From: Clostridia bacterium
GTDB taxonomy: Bacteria; Bacillota; Clostridia; Oscillospirales; CAG-272
Length of the DNA: 64,000 bases
Reading direction: 5' to 3'
Assembly (NCBI GenBank): GCA_017621415.1
Contig: JAGATD010000033.1
Span: forward strand, 83,311 to 147,310
The position numbers and the translations under genes were made by a program. Shown in pieces: positions 7,661-15,675 of this stretch; the stretch's first letter is position 1; every line of letters begins with the position of its first letter. The notes beneath the pieces were generated by a model that worked only from the letters and a program-made list of their open reading frames with translations, was not told the origin of the DNA and made no database searches.

Positions 7661-10600
7661 TGGCAGAAAAGAGAGAAAAACCTATTGTAGGTAAGGTTGG
7701 TGCTGATAATAAGGCGGACCTTGCCGCAAGGCTGAATGCTGCCTCGGGCAATATTGAACGTGTAAGCGCTGATACTGTTGCCCGCCAGACTGAGCAAAAG
7801 AAGAATTTGAAAAAGAGTGAAAGCGACGCCAGGGCGAGAGCCAGGGGGTCCGAAAAGCAGCTGGTTGCGGATAACAAACGCAGAGACGACGAGGCTGCCA
7901 GGAGACTTGCTGAGCTGGAGTATGCTGAGGATTATAGAAAAAAGCTTCAGCGTGACCGCAAGCGCGCCATGGCGGAGGCAAAGGAGGCTAAGGAGGCTGC
8001 TGAGGCAAAGGCTCGTGAAGAGAGAAGCCGACAGATAGCCGAAATGCTTGAACAGGAGCGCCGAGAGGCAAGGGAGAGAGGCGAGAGAGCCGATGCTCTC
8101 CTTAGAATGCTGGCGCGCCGCGACGCGTCTGAAGTGACAGAGGAAGCACCCGAGCAGCGGAGTACAACTGAAAGCGCCTCCGAGGATACGGCTAATTCCT
8201 TTGAGCCGTCAGAGGCAGCTGCTAACGAAGAGATTTCCGACGCAGTAGCCGAAGCTGTTGTCGATAGCGCTGTAAATGAGGATAACGAATATGCCGAGAA
8301 TACGGTGTCCGAGGAAAGTGAGGAGGCCGCACCCCCGGCAGCCGAATCATACTCTGAGGCTATAGCGTCGTACGAAGAGCCTGTGGCAGAAGCCGAGCAG
8401 ACAGAAAAAATAATCATAGATGTCAAGGATGACAGACTGCTTCTGAACATCGGTCCCGATGGCAGCTTTTACTCAATTGAGGATCCGAAAGCGGAGGGAA
8501 GCAAGACTGAGCAGCGCGAAGAGGTTGTAGGCGAATATCCCGACCCCAAGCTTTCGTCTGATCCTGTCGTTGCCGCAATTCAAACCCTTGGCAAGAGTGT
8601 TTACAGCACATCAACCTATCGTAAGTATGTTGACAAGAGCCGTGCGGCTATAAAAGAGTTTAAGAGAATTTCTGCCGATGCGGCGCAGAATGCGTCTATC
8701 GGAAGCATAGATGAGGGCGCAGCAGGCGCTGCTATGGTGCAATCTATCAAAGCGGCGGGACGAATTGTTGAGATAAGATGTGACAATCTCCGTCTTGCGT
8801 CAAAATTCGGTCAGAAGAGCGTAGGAGATATTTCAGACGAGCTTCATAAGGATATTGACAGGTACAATTCAAGAGCATCTGAGTTTACTGCCTATACCGG
8901 CGAGAGACTTACACGCATTTCAACAGCTCTTCCTGCGAGAATTGCCGACGGTACGGGCCTTGAGGTTGTTCCTGAGCTTACATACGATGAAAGATACATT
9001 GAGTACAATGGCGAATACAGCGGTGAACGAACAAGATCTTACGTTATAACAATAGGATCTCAGGATGAAGAGCCCAGCGTTACACGCGAACGATCTAAGG
9101 GTGTTTCCGGAACATATATTGTAAATCCGATTATTCCCGAACTTACCGCAGAGGAGCTTCTCAGAGGCACATATGTATACGATACAGAGTCTTACGAGAG
9201 CTATCGCTATGTGGTTAAGAACGCAGGCCGTGCTATCGAACGTGCAATCAAGGATATCTCCAGAGGTATAAGCCTTGCAGAACGCGAAAACACAAAGCTT
9301 GCGGGTCGTCTTGAATATCATCGCAAGAGCATTGAAAAGCTGCTCGAAAATATGCAGCTTAAGATAGATGATGCAAAGGACGTAATGTTCAGAAAAACTC
9401 TTGCTGTGCTTGAGGGAAAGAGAGCTAAATACGAAAGGGACGAGAAAAAGCTCGAGCTTAACCGTACTTACATTGAGGACGAGAACAGAAAGCGCAGCAT
9501 AACAGTTAGTACATTTGCGCTAAGACGTGAAAAGCTTCTTCTTGCGTTCAATACGCTTTCTGCATCAACCGTTTCTGACAAGGCAGAATATGTTGAGAAA
9601 GCCAAGGCAGAGCTCATTGCCGAAATGGGTCTTTATAACAAGGCGGCAGAGGATTGCTCTGTTGCAATAGGAATTCCCGTAAGTCCTGTCAGCGCAAGCC
9701 TTGCCGACGAGATTATCGAGGGTAAAACTTGTGTGGATATACCCAGAATAGCTATTCTTAAGGAGCTTGTTGAGACTGTTGGCGAGGAGTCCAGAGTTAT
9801 CGGCAGGTGTGAAAACACATCAGGTGCTGCAACATGTACCTTTGTTATCAAGGGACAGCAGTCTGAAAAGAGTGAAAAAACCGTTGGCGGTGTAAAGCGC
9901 CGTTCCGGAATAAAGACGGTTCACGGACATTTTTTTATCGGTGGTACGGCATCTAACGGCGGAGCCTTAAGCGGTGATGCCGGATGTGCCGATGCTCTCG
10001 TAACAGGAGCTATACTTGCAGGACCTATGATATCTGCAGGCGGTGGCGATGGAGTTGATCCCGGCGCGGCAGCAGCTACAGCATTGGCATTCGGAACCGC
10101 AGCAAGAGCCTCGGGATTCCCGAGTGTTATAAGCGCCGCTTCGGATAACGGTGCTGTCGGCAGCTCTACTGAGGACATCGGATACGATGCAACTCCGGAG
10201 ACTGTTGAGACCGCTCCCGAGTCTGTTGCAGTGCCCGAGGCGGTCTCTGCGGCTGCGTTAACAGCACAACCCGCCATTGCTTCAGAAGCAGCGTCGGTTG
10301 CAGAAGCAGCACCTGTCGAGGAGGTTGCTCCTATTGCGGATGTTGAGCCTATTGCGGATATTACACCTGCTTCGGAAGCAGCACCCGATGGCTCGGAATT
10401 TGCGTTCACACCCGGTGTGTTTGGATTCGAAAATCAGCCTGAAGATACAGAGGAGTTGCTGTCTGCTGTTCCTGAAGAAAACATAGAGATATCCGAGGCA
10501 GCGAACGAAGCGTCTATCCCAGAGAATTTTGAAGCGCCCGCGTTGGAAGAGTCGGTGATAGAGGAAACACCCATTATTGAAGATATTCAGCCCCTCGAAG

Positions 10601-13014
10601 AGTTTGCGGATGAAGCGGCTGTCGAGGAGAGCTTCTCGGCAATGCCCGAGCAGGCTCCCTCGTTCAATATTGAAAAAACCGATGACTCTTCGTTTGATAT
10701 TGCGGATGAGGCTGACGTGGCTTTTGATAATGCTGAGACTCAGGAGCCTACTGATATTTCCGAGGCTCCGATAGAGGAGATTTCTCCTAAGAAGCTTGTC
10801 AAGACGGTTCGCAATGCTGACGGCGGCGAAACAGTTTCTGAAGAGCCTTATACCGAGGAGCTTGTTGATGACGGCGACGGATTTGATTCTGAGCAGTCCG
10901 GCGAAGAAGTCTCAGACGAGATGTATAGCGGACTTGAGCCTGTCGATATGACCGGCGGTGATGAGACTGCAAAGGGTAAAAAGCTAAAGCTTGTTCAGCT
11001 TCCTCCTCCTGAGGGTGCAGATGGAGCACAGGACGCAGAGCAGGGAGAGCTTACGGATGATGGCATGGGTCCTGTATATCCCGGAAATATGATAGAGCAT
11101 TCCGATTCGGACAAATATGCAGACCCTGATGACCTCTCATCTCTTCCCGACGTTATTGAGATAGACGATAGCGCTGATATTACCGAGGGAGATGTTCTTA
11201 CCAATCCCACAAAGCGCGGTCTTAAGAAGCATTTGGCTTATATTTCCAGAAAAGTCAAGAGAGCTGAGCATGAGCGCTCGCGTCTTATTCGTCTTAAACG
11301 TGCTGAAAAGAGTGTTGTACCCAAGGTTAAGTACATAATTTCCATACTCGGTATTCAAAAAGAAATAATTGATTGGTACTGTAATGCTCTTTCGTCTGCG
11401 TGTGACGTAGGTGTAAAGAAGAAAATCAGGAAAATTGCGACAAGGCTTCGTTCGGAGCTTAAGCGCTATAACAAGTTCGTTAAGGAATATGAGCACATAA
11501 CCGATGACCGTCTGACAAGAGCTTCTCTTGAAATTCCCGCATGCATTATTGATGGCGAGGATTATCCGATTATTCCTAAGGTAAAGCTTCGAGAGTTTGA
11601 GGCTCCTGAAAACGGAGTGGTATATGAGGACGGTATAACCGAAATTGCCGACGTTGATGTTGATTTTTCTGACAATGTCATAATGACAGAAAAGGATCTT
11701 AAGCGCCGTCTTCGTGAAAGCTCAAGAGAGCTTGCAAGACTTCATAATGAGCTTGATAGAAAGTCAAGAGATAAGCACAACGCTTGGGGAATTGATAAGT
11801 CTGTCCTTGTAGCAGAATGCTTTGCTATAGAGAAGAAGATTATTGACAATTTGGCAGCCGATCTTCACGCCGCATGTCAGGTTTCAGCGGTAAAGGATAT
11901 TCAGTCTGTCAAGAAGGATCTTGCATACGAAATAAAGCAGTATAACCGTCTTGTCAGCGAGTATAGAGCGGCAACAGGAAATGTTCTTACTCCCGCGTCA
12001 GACAGTATTCCTCAGGATATTATCGCCGGTAAGCTCTATTCTCCCATTGCCAAGGTTGGCTGTATACATAATGCCGATGATGATCTTGAGGCTGAAATCG
12101 GCTTAATGTCACGCAATACTTACGGTGTTGAGGATGATGACATAAGCGAGGCAGGACGCGCTGCTTTCAGATCTAATGTTATTGCTCAGGCTAACAAAGA
12201 TTTCACATTCATCACGCGCCGTGCGGATTATCGAATCAGTATGCTTGAGAGCGAGAGAGATATGCTGGAATATAGATTCGGCAAGGAGTCATCTCAGGTA
12301 AAGCGTGAGAAAAAGGCAATTACAAAGCTTATCGAGCAAATAAAAGCAGAGCACAAGGCTGCTCTCCGTTATGAGAATAGCGACAACAGACGCTATTATG
12401 CAGCTGTAACAGCTAACCCCAGAACTATGACTCTGCGTAACAGAAGAGCAGACAGAACAAGAATTGCTGCTCTACGTTCAAGAATTATCAGTCTTCTTAA
12501 CGAAAGAGATTTGATAAACGGTAAGCTTATGGCTCTTTATGGCGGTGAGGGCGAGGGAACTCTCGGAAGTATAAATCAGACCTTCCGCCGTGTTAAGAAT
12601 AACGCAGCAGCAAAGTCGAAGAAAAAGCAGAAGAGTCTTGCTAAGGTAGTAAAATCACTTCCTATTACAGTTAAGGATAAGGAAAGATTCTACGATCTTA
12701 TGAACAAGAAGGTGGATGCTGAGTCGACTATTGCCTTTGTTAAATACCGTATGAAGAAGGGTAAACTTCACAAGGCAGATATGCTTTGTGCTAAGCGCGA
12801 CATAAAGGAGCTTAAAGCAAAGGTAAGCCGTATAGAAAAAGATATCAAGGACCTTATGAAGAGCGTTAAGCAACGCATATCAGAGGTAGAGTCAGGTTCA
12901 ACATGGCTTGTTGCATTTATGTTTGTGCTTGTGCTTATCGCCGCAGGAATTGCGCTTTATGTTTATTTCTTCGGTGACAGCATTACGCAAATGCTGAATA
13001 TCTTCAGCTCATAG
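7660..13014 (+). CDS. 1784-aa tail-anchored protein: charged coiled-coil N-terminus, four ~125-190 aa internal repeats, Gly/Ala-rich segment, ~350-aa acidic Pro/Glu/Ala low-complexity region, C-terminal TM helix
   Basis: ATG overlaps the CBS gene stop (TAATG). One hydrophobic helix sits near the C-terminus (WLVAFMFVLVLIAAGIALYVYFFG). The four repeats end in YN....E(F/Y)....TG..LT..S..IP..I(I/A).G. Confidence 0.8.
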   Translation: MAEKREKPIVGKVGADNKADLAARLNAASGNIERVSADTVARQTEQKKNLKKSESDARARARGSEKQLVADNKRRDDEAARRLAELEYAEDYRKKLQRDRKRAMAEAKEAKEAAEAKAREERSRQIAEMLEQERREARERGERADALLRMLARRDASEVTEEAPEQRSTTESASEDTANSFEPSEAAANEEISDAVAEAVVDSAVNEDNEYAENTVSEESEEAAPPAAESYSEAIASYEEPVAEAEQTEKIIIDVKDDRLLLNIGPDGSFYSIEDPKAEGSKTEQREEVVGEYPDPKLSSDPVVAAIQTLGKSVYSTSTYRKYVDKSRAAIKEFKRISADAAQNASIGSIDEGAAGAAMVQSIKAAGRIVEIRCDNLRLASKFGQKSVGDISDELHKDIDRYNSRASEFTAYTGERLTRISTALPARIADGTGLEVVPELTYDERYIEYNGEYSGERTRSYVITIGSQDEEPSVTRERSKGVSGTYIVNPIIPELTAEELLRGTYVYDTESYESYRYVVKNAGRAIERAIKDISRGISLAERENTKLAGRLEYHRKSIEKLLENMQLKIDDAKDVMFRKTLAVLEGKRAKYERDEKKLELNRTYIEDENRKRSITVSTFALRREKLLLAFNTLSASTVSDKAEYVEKAKAELIAEMGLYNKAAEDCSVAIGIPVSPVSASLADEIIEGKTCVDIPRIAILKELVETVGEESRVIGRCENTSGAATCTFVIKGQQSEKSEKTVGGVKRRSGIKTVHGHFFIGGTASNGGALSGDAGCADALVTGAILAGPMISAGGGDGVDPGAAAATALAFGTAARASGFPSVISAASDNGAVGSSTEDIGYDATPETVETAPESVAVPEAVSAAALTAQPAIASEAASVAEAAPVEEVAPIADVEPIADITPASEAAPDGSEFAFTPGVFGFENQPEDTEELLSAVPEENIEISEAANEASIPENFEAPALEESVIEETPIIEDIQPLEEFADEAAVEESFSAMPEQAPSFNIEKTDDSSFDIADEADVAFDNAETQEPTDISEAPIEEISPKKLVKTVRNADGGETVSEEPYTEELVDDGDGFDSEQSGEEVSDEMYSGLEPVDMTGGDETAKGKKLKLVQLPPPEGADGAQDAEQGELTDDGMGPVYPGNMIEHSDSDKYADPDDLSSLPDVIEIDDSADITEGDVLTNPTKRGLKKHLAYISRKVKRAEHERSRLIRLKRAEKSVVPKVKYIISILGIQKEIIDWYCNALSSACDVGVKKKIRKIATRLRSELKRYNKFVKEYEHITDDRLTRASLEIPACIIDGEDYPIIPKVKLREFEAPENGVVYEDGITEIADVDVDFSDNVIMTEKDLKRRLRESSRELARLHNELDRKSRDKHNAWGIDKSVLVAECFAIEKKIIDNLAADLHAACQVSAVKDIQSVKKDLAYEIKQYNRLVSEYRAATGNVLTPASDSIPQDIIAGKLYSPIAKVGCIHNADDDLEAEIGLMSRNTYGVEDDDISEAGRAAFRSNVIAQANKDFTFITRRADYRISMLESERDMLEYRFGKESSQVKREKKAITKLIEQIKAEHKAALRYENSDNRRYYAAVTANPRTMTLRNRRADRTRIAALRSRIISLLNERDLINGKLMALYGGEGEGTLGSINQTFRRVKNNAAAKSKKKQKSLAKVVKSLPITVKDKERFYDLMNKKVDAESTIAFVKYRMKKGKLHKADMLCAKRDIKELKAKVSRIEKDIKDLMKSVKQRISEVESGSTWLVAFMFVLVLIAAGIALYVYFFGDSITQMLNIFSS

Positions 13015-13072
13015 GGTATAGTGTGAAATTCTGTAATGTGCGGTCGCCGTTAGGCGGCAGAATGGAGTTTTT

Positions 13073-13312
13073 ATGAAAGTTAAAAGAACAAGCGGAATAA
13101 GAAAGAAAAAATCAAATTCAGCCAGAATTGTCGACACACACATATTCCTTGAGCGCAGAAAGGATGCCGAGCAGCTTGAAAAGCAGCGACTTTCTGTTAA
13201 CCGCGAATTAGAAGAGGTGTTGGCAGAATATGCCGACCTTACGGGTTATAAAAAGCTTAAAACCCGTCAATACAAGGTTGGAGATGCGCCGAACGATTGG
13301 AAAAAGGGATAA
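13073..13312 (+). CDS. small basic hypothetical protein (79 aa)
   Basis: ATG preceded by GGAG at 6 nt. Lys/Arg-rich N-terminus with a predicted helical remainder; no recognisable family. Confidence 0.4.
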   Translation: MKVKRTSGIRKKKSNSARIVDTHIFLERRKDAEQLEKQRLSVNRELEEVLAEYADLTGYKKLKTRQYKVGDAPNDWKKG

Positions 13313-13358
13313 TTTTTCCATAAAATACATAATTTTCAAATATTTTATTTAAAAACTA

Positions 13359-13386
13359 TTGATTTTTTTGAAAAGTATGGTATAAT
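13359..13386 (+). promoter_or_regulatory. sigma-A-type promoter of the rimP-nusA-infB operon
   Basis: TTGATT (13359-13364), 16 bp, TGgTATAAT extended -10 (13381-13386). Confidence 0.5.
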
Positions 13387-13412
13387 TACTATAGTTGAAT
13401 ATAGTAGAATTA

Positions 13413-13445
13413 TGAAGAGTGGCTTTCGGGTCACTCTTCATTTTG
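13413..13445 (+). terminator. leader hairpin with a short U-tract between the promoter and rimP (candidate attenuator)
   Basis: TGAAGAGTG-(9 nt)-CACTCTTCA followed by TTTTG. It lies inside the spurious N-terminal extension of the 13412 ORF. Confidence 0.4.
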
Positions 13446-13471
13446 TAAAAAAGATATTCTTAGAGGTGTTT

Positions 13472-13930
13472 ATGAAAAAAGGAATCAAGGACACGGTAAG
13501 AGAAGCAATTGAGCCTACCGTTACCGAGCTTGGGTACTCGATTTGGGATATAACCTATTCCAAGGTTGGTGCAGATTATCATCTTGAGATAACCATTGAT
13601 AACGAGAAGGGCATTTATATTGAGGATTGTGAAAAGGTACACAGAGCCATAGACCCTATTCTTGATGAAATAGACCCCATTGAGGGATTTTATTATCTTG
13701 ATGTCTCAAGCCCCGGGGTAGAAAGAGAGCTGCGCACAGAGGAGCATATTACTGCTATGGTGGGCTCTAAGGTTGAAGCTAAGCTCTTCTCGGCAAGAGA
13801 CGGTAAAAAATCTGTTATAGGTAAGCTTTTAGGTCTTGAGGGTGACAGTGTTGTTATCGATGAGAATGGAGAGGTTTCTATTCCCCGTGCTGAAATTTCA
13901 AAGCTTACAACACTTTATTTCGAGGACTAA
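13472..13930 (+). CDS. rimP: ribosome maturation factor RimP
   Basis: Start at ATG 13472 (AGAGGTG RBS). Motifs LGY..WDI......HL.I.ID...G...EDCEKV.RAIDPILD and LDVSSPGVERELR; position upstream of nusA. Confidence 0.85.
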   Translation: MKKGIKDTVREAIEPTVTELGYSIWDITYSKVGADYHLEITIDNEKGIYIEDCEKVHRAIDPILDEIDPIEGFYYLDVSSPGVERELRTEEHITAMVGSKVEAKLFSARDGKKSVIGKLLGLEGDSVVIDENGEVSIPRAEISKLTTLYFED

Positions 13931-13990
13931 TTAATATATATTCTAATAATAATGAAAGGACCGTATAAATTTACGGGGTAAAACGGAAAA

Positions 13991-15022
13991 ATGAACGCAG
14001 AGTTTTTCAACGCCCTTGACCTTTTAGAGAAGGAAAACGGCATTCCAAAGGAGTATATGATTGCGCAGATTGAGCTTGCTCTTGCAAACTCCTGCCGAAA
14101 GGAGCTTGGACCGACAACGGTCATCCGTGTTCAGCTTGACCCTAACAAGAAGGATATGCGTGTGTTCCAGCAGCGCACAGTTGTTCCCGACGGTGAGGTT
14201 ACAGATGACAAGTGCGAAATTTCCCTATCGGCAGCAAAGGCGCTTTCCAGAAGACACAAGCTTGGCGGAGTTGTTGAGACCGAGCTTAAAACAAAGGATT
14301 TCAGACGCCTGTCTGTTCAGCCCGGAAAGCAGATGATAGTTCAGGCTATCCGTACCGCAGAGCGCGAGAGACAGACCAAGGAATACGAGAACAAGAAGGA
14401 AGAAATCATCACCGCTATGGTTGATAAGGTTGATAATTCTACAGGAAACCTTATCCTTGACACGGGCACAGGTTATGCAACTCTTCTTAAGGAGGAGCAG
14501 ATTCCCGGTGAGGTTTACGATGTTGGCGATAGAATAAAGGTGTTTATCTCCGAGGTTAAGTCGGGCGAGACACGCGGTCCTATCGTAACTCTTTCGAGAG
14601 TTCACCCCAATTTTGTTAAGAGACTCTTCGAGCTTGAGATTCCCGAAATTCAAGACGGAACAATAGTTATCAAGGGTATTGCACGTGAGGCGGGCAGCCG
14701 TACTAAGATTGCGGTTGAGTCAAGAGATGAAAATGTTGAGGCGGTTGGCTCATGTATAGGTAAAAACGGTATGAGAATTTCCGCAATTCTTGATGAGCTC
14801 TCCGGAGAGAAGATCGATATAATCAAGTACAGCGACGATATCTGTGAGTTTGTTGCAGAGGCTCTTTCTCCCGCAAAGGTGCTTAGCGTTACCCTTGAGG
14901 AAGAGCGTATATGCCGTGTAACAGTTTCTCCCGACCAACTCTCTTTGGCAATTGGTAAAGAGGGTCAGAACGCAAAGCTTGTTGCCCGTCTTACAGGCTG
15001 CAAGATAGATATAAAAGCATAA
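13991..15022 (+). CDS. nusA: transcription termination/antitermination factor NusA
   Basis: N-terminal LE.EKGI..E.....IE.AL, an S1 domain and two KH domains (GSCIGKNGMRI; LAIGKEGQNAKLVARLTG). Confidence 0.95.
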   Translation: MNAEFFNALDLLEKENGIPKEYMIAQIELALANSCRKELGPTTVIRVQLDPNKKDMRVFQQRTVVPDGEVTDDKCEISLSAAKALSRRHKLGGVVETELKTKDFRRLSVQPGKQMIVQAIRTAERERQTKEYENKKEEIITAMVDKVDNSTGNLILDTGTGYATLLKEEQIPGEVYDVGDRIKVFISEVKSGETRGPIVTLSRVHPNFVKRLFELEIPEIQDGTIVIKGIAREAGSRTKIAVESRDENVEAVGSCIGKNGMRISAILDELSGEKIDIIKYSDDICEFVAEALSPAKVLSVTLEEERICRVTVSPDQLSLAIGKEGQNAKLVARLTGCKIDIKA

Positions 15023-15023
15023 G

Positions 15024-15305
15024 ATGCAGGTACAAAGACCAAAAAAAATACCGACACGCAGATGCCTCGGATGTAACGAGCATTTTCCGAAGCTCACACT
15101 CATTCGTGTTCTCAGAACCAAGGACGGCGAAGTAGTCCTTGACCTTACTGGAAAGATGTCGGGCAGGGGCGCATATATTTGCAAAAGCCTCTCCTGCTTC
15201 AAAAAGGCGAGAAAGGCCCGTAGATTTGAGACCGCGCTTGAGTGCGCTATTCCCGATGAGGTTTATGCGAGAATGGAAGAGGAGCTGTCGGTTGGAAAAG
15301 AATGA
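15024..15305 (+). CDS. rnpM: YlxR/RnpM family (DUF448) RNA-binding protein
   Basis: RRCLGC....K..LIRV....DGEV.LD.TGK..GRGAYIC motif; conserved position after nusA. Confidence 0.85.
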   Translation: MQVQRPKKIPTRRCLGCNEHFPKLTLIRVLRTKDGEVVLDLTGKMSGRGAYICKSLSCFKKARKARRFETALECAIPDEVYARMEEELSVGKE

Positions 15306-15324
15306 TTTTACACGCTTTCGCGGT

Positions 15325-15615
15325 ATGCTTGGCTTTGCTATGCGGGCAGGAAAGGTGCTTATCGGTACCGATAGAGTGATTTCCGCTTTGCCTGACAGGG
15401 GAGAAAAGGCGGTAAGGCTTGTTTTGATTGCCAACGATGCATCAGAGGCCACAAAGAAAAAGCTTACCTTTAAGTGTGAATTTTATGGAAAAGAAATAAT
15501 TGTTGCGCCTCTTAGCGGTGAGGAGCTTGGCAAATTGCTTGGTAAGCTTTATGTTCCCGCAGTTGTAGCAATTACCGACGATAGATTTGCCGACGAGCTT
15601 AAAAAATCCATATAG
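15325..15615 (+). CDS. ylxQ: L7Ae-family ribosome-associated protein YlxQ
   Basis: MLGFAMRAGKVLIGTD....L.......LVLIANDASE.T.KK; ATG at 15325. The longer ORF-track version (15139) overlaps ylxR in another frame. Confidence 0.8.
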   Translation: MLGFAMRAGKVLIGTDRVISALPDRGEKAVRLVLIANDASEATKKKLTFKCEFYGKEIIVAPLSGEELGKLLGKLYVPAVVAITDDRFADELKKSI

Positions 15616-15675
15616 CTTTAAGGCAATCAGCAAAGAAGAGAAAGGAGTCTCCCTTTCGGGAGACAGGTGATACTT

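Noticed and set aside
7947-8450. Antisense or alternate-frame ORFs inside the giant gene (e.g. 7947..8450 -, 9921..10409 -, 7682..7981 -, 10277..10774 +)
   Set aside because: They arise from GC-rich low-complexity (Ala/Glu/Ser) coding sequence. They have no start context and are fully contained in a long ORF with coherent repeat structure.
15139-15324. N-terminal 62 codons of the 158-aa ORF 15139..15615
   Set aside because: This part overlaps ylxR in another frame and starts at TTG. The conserved YlxQ/L7Ae sequence begins at ATG 15325.
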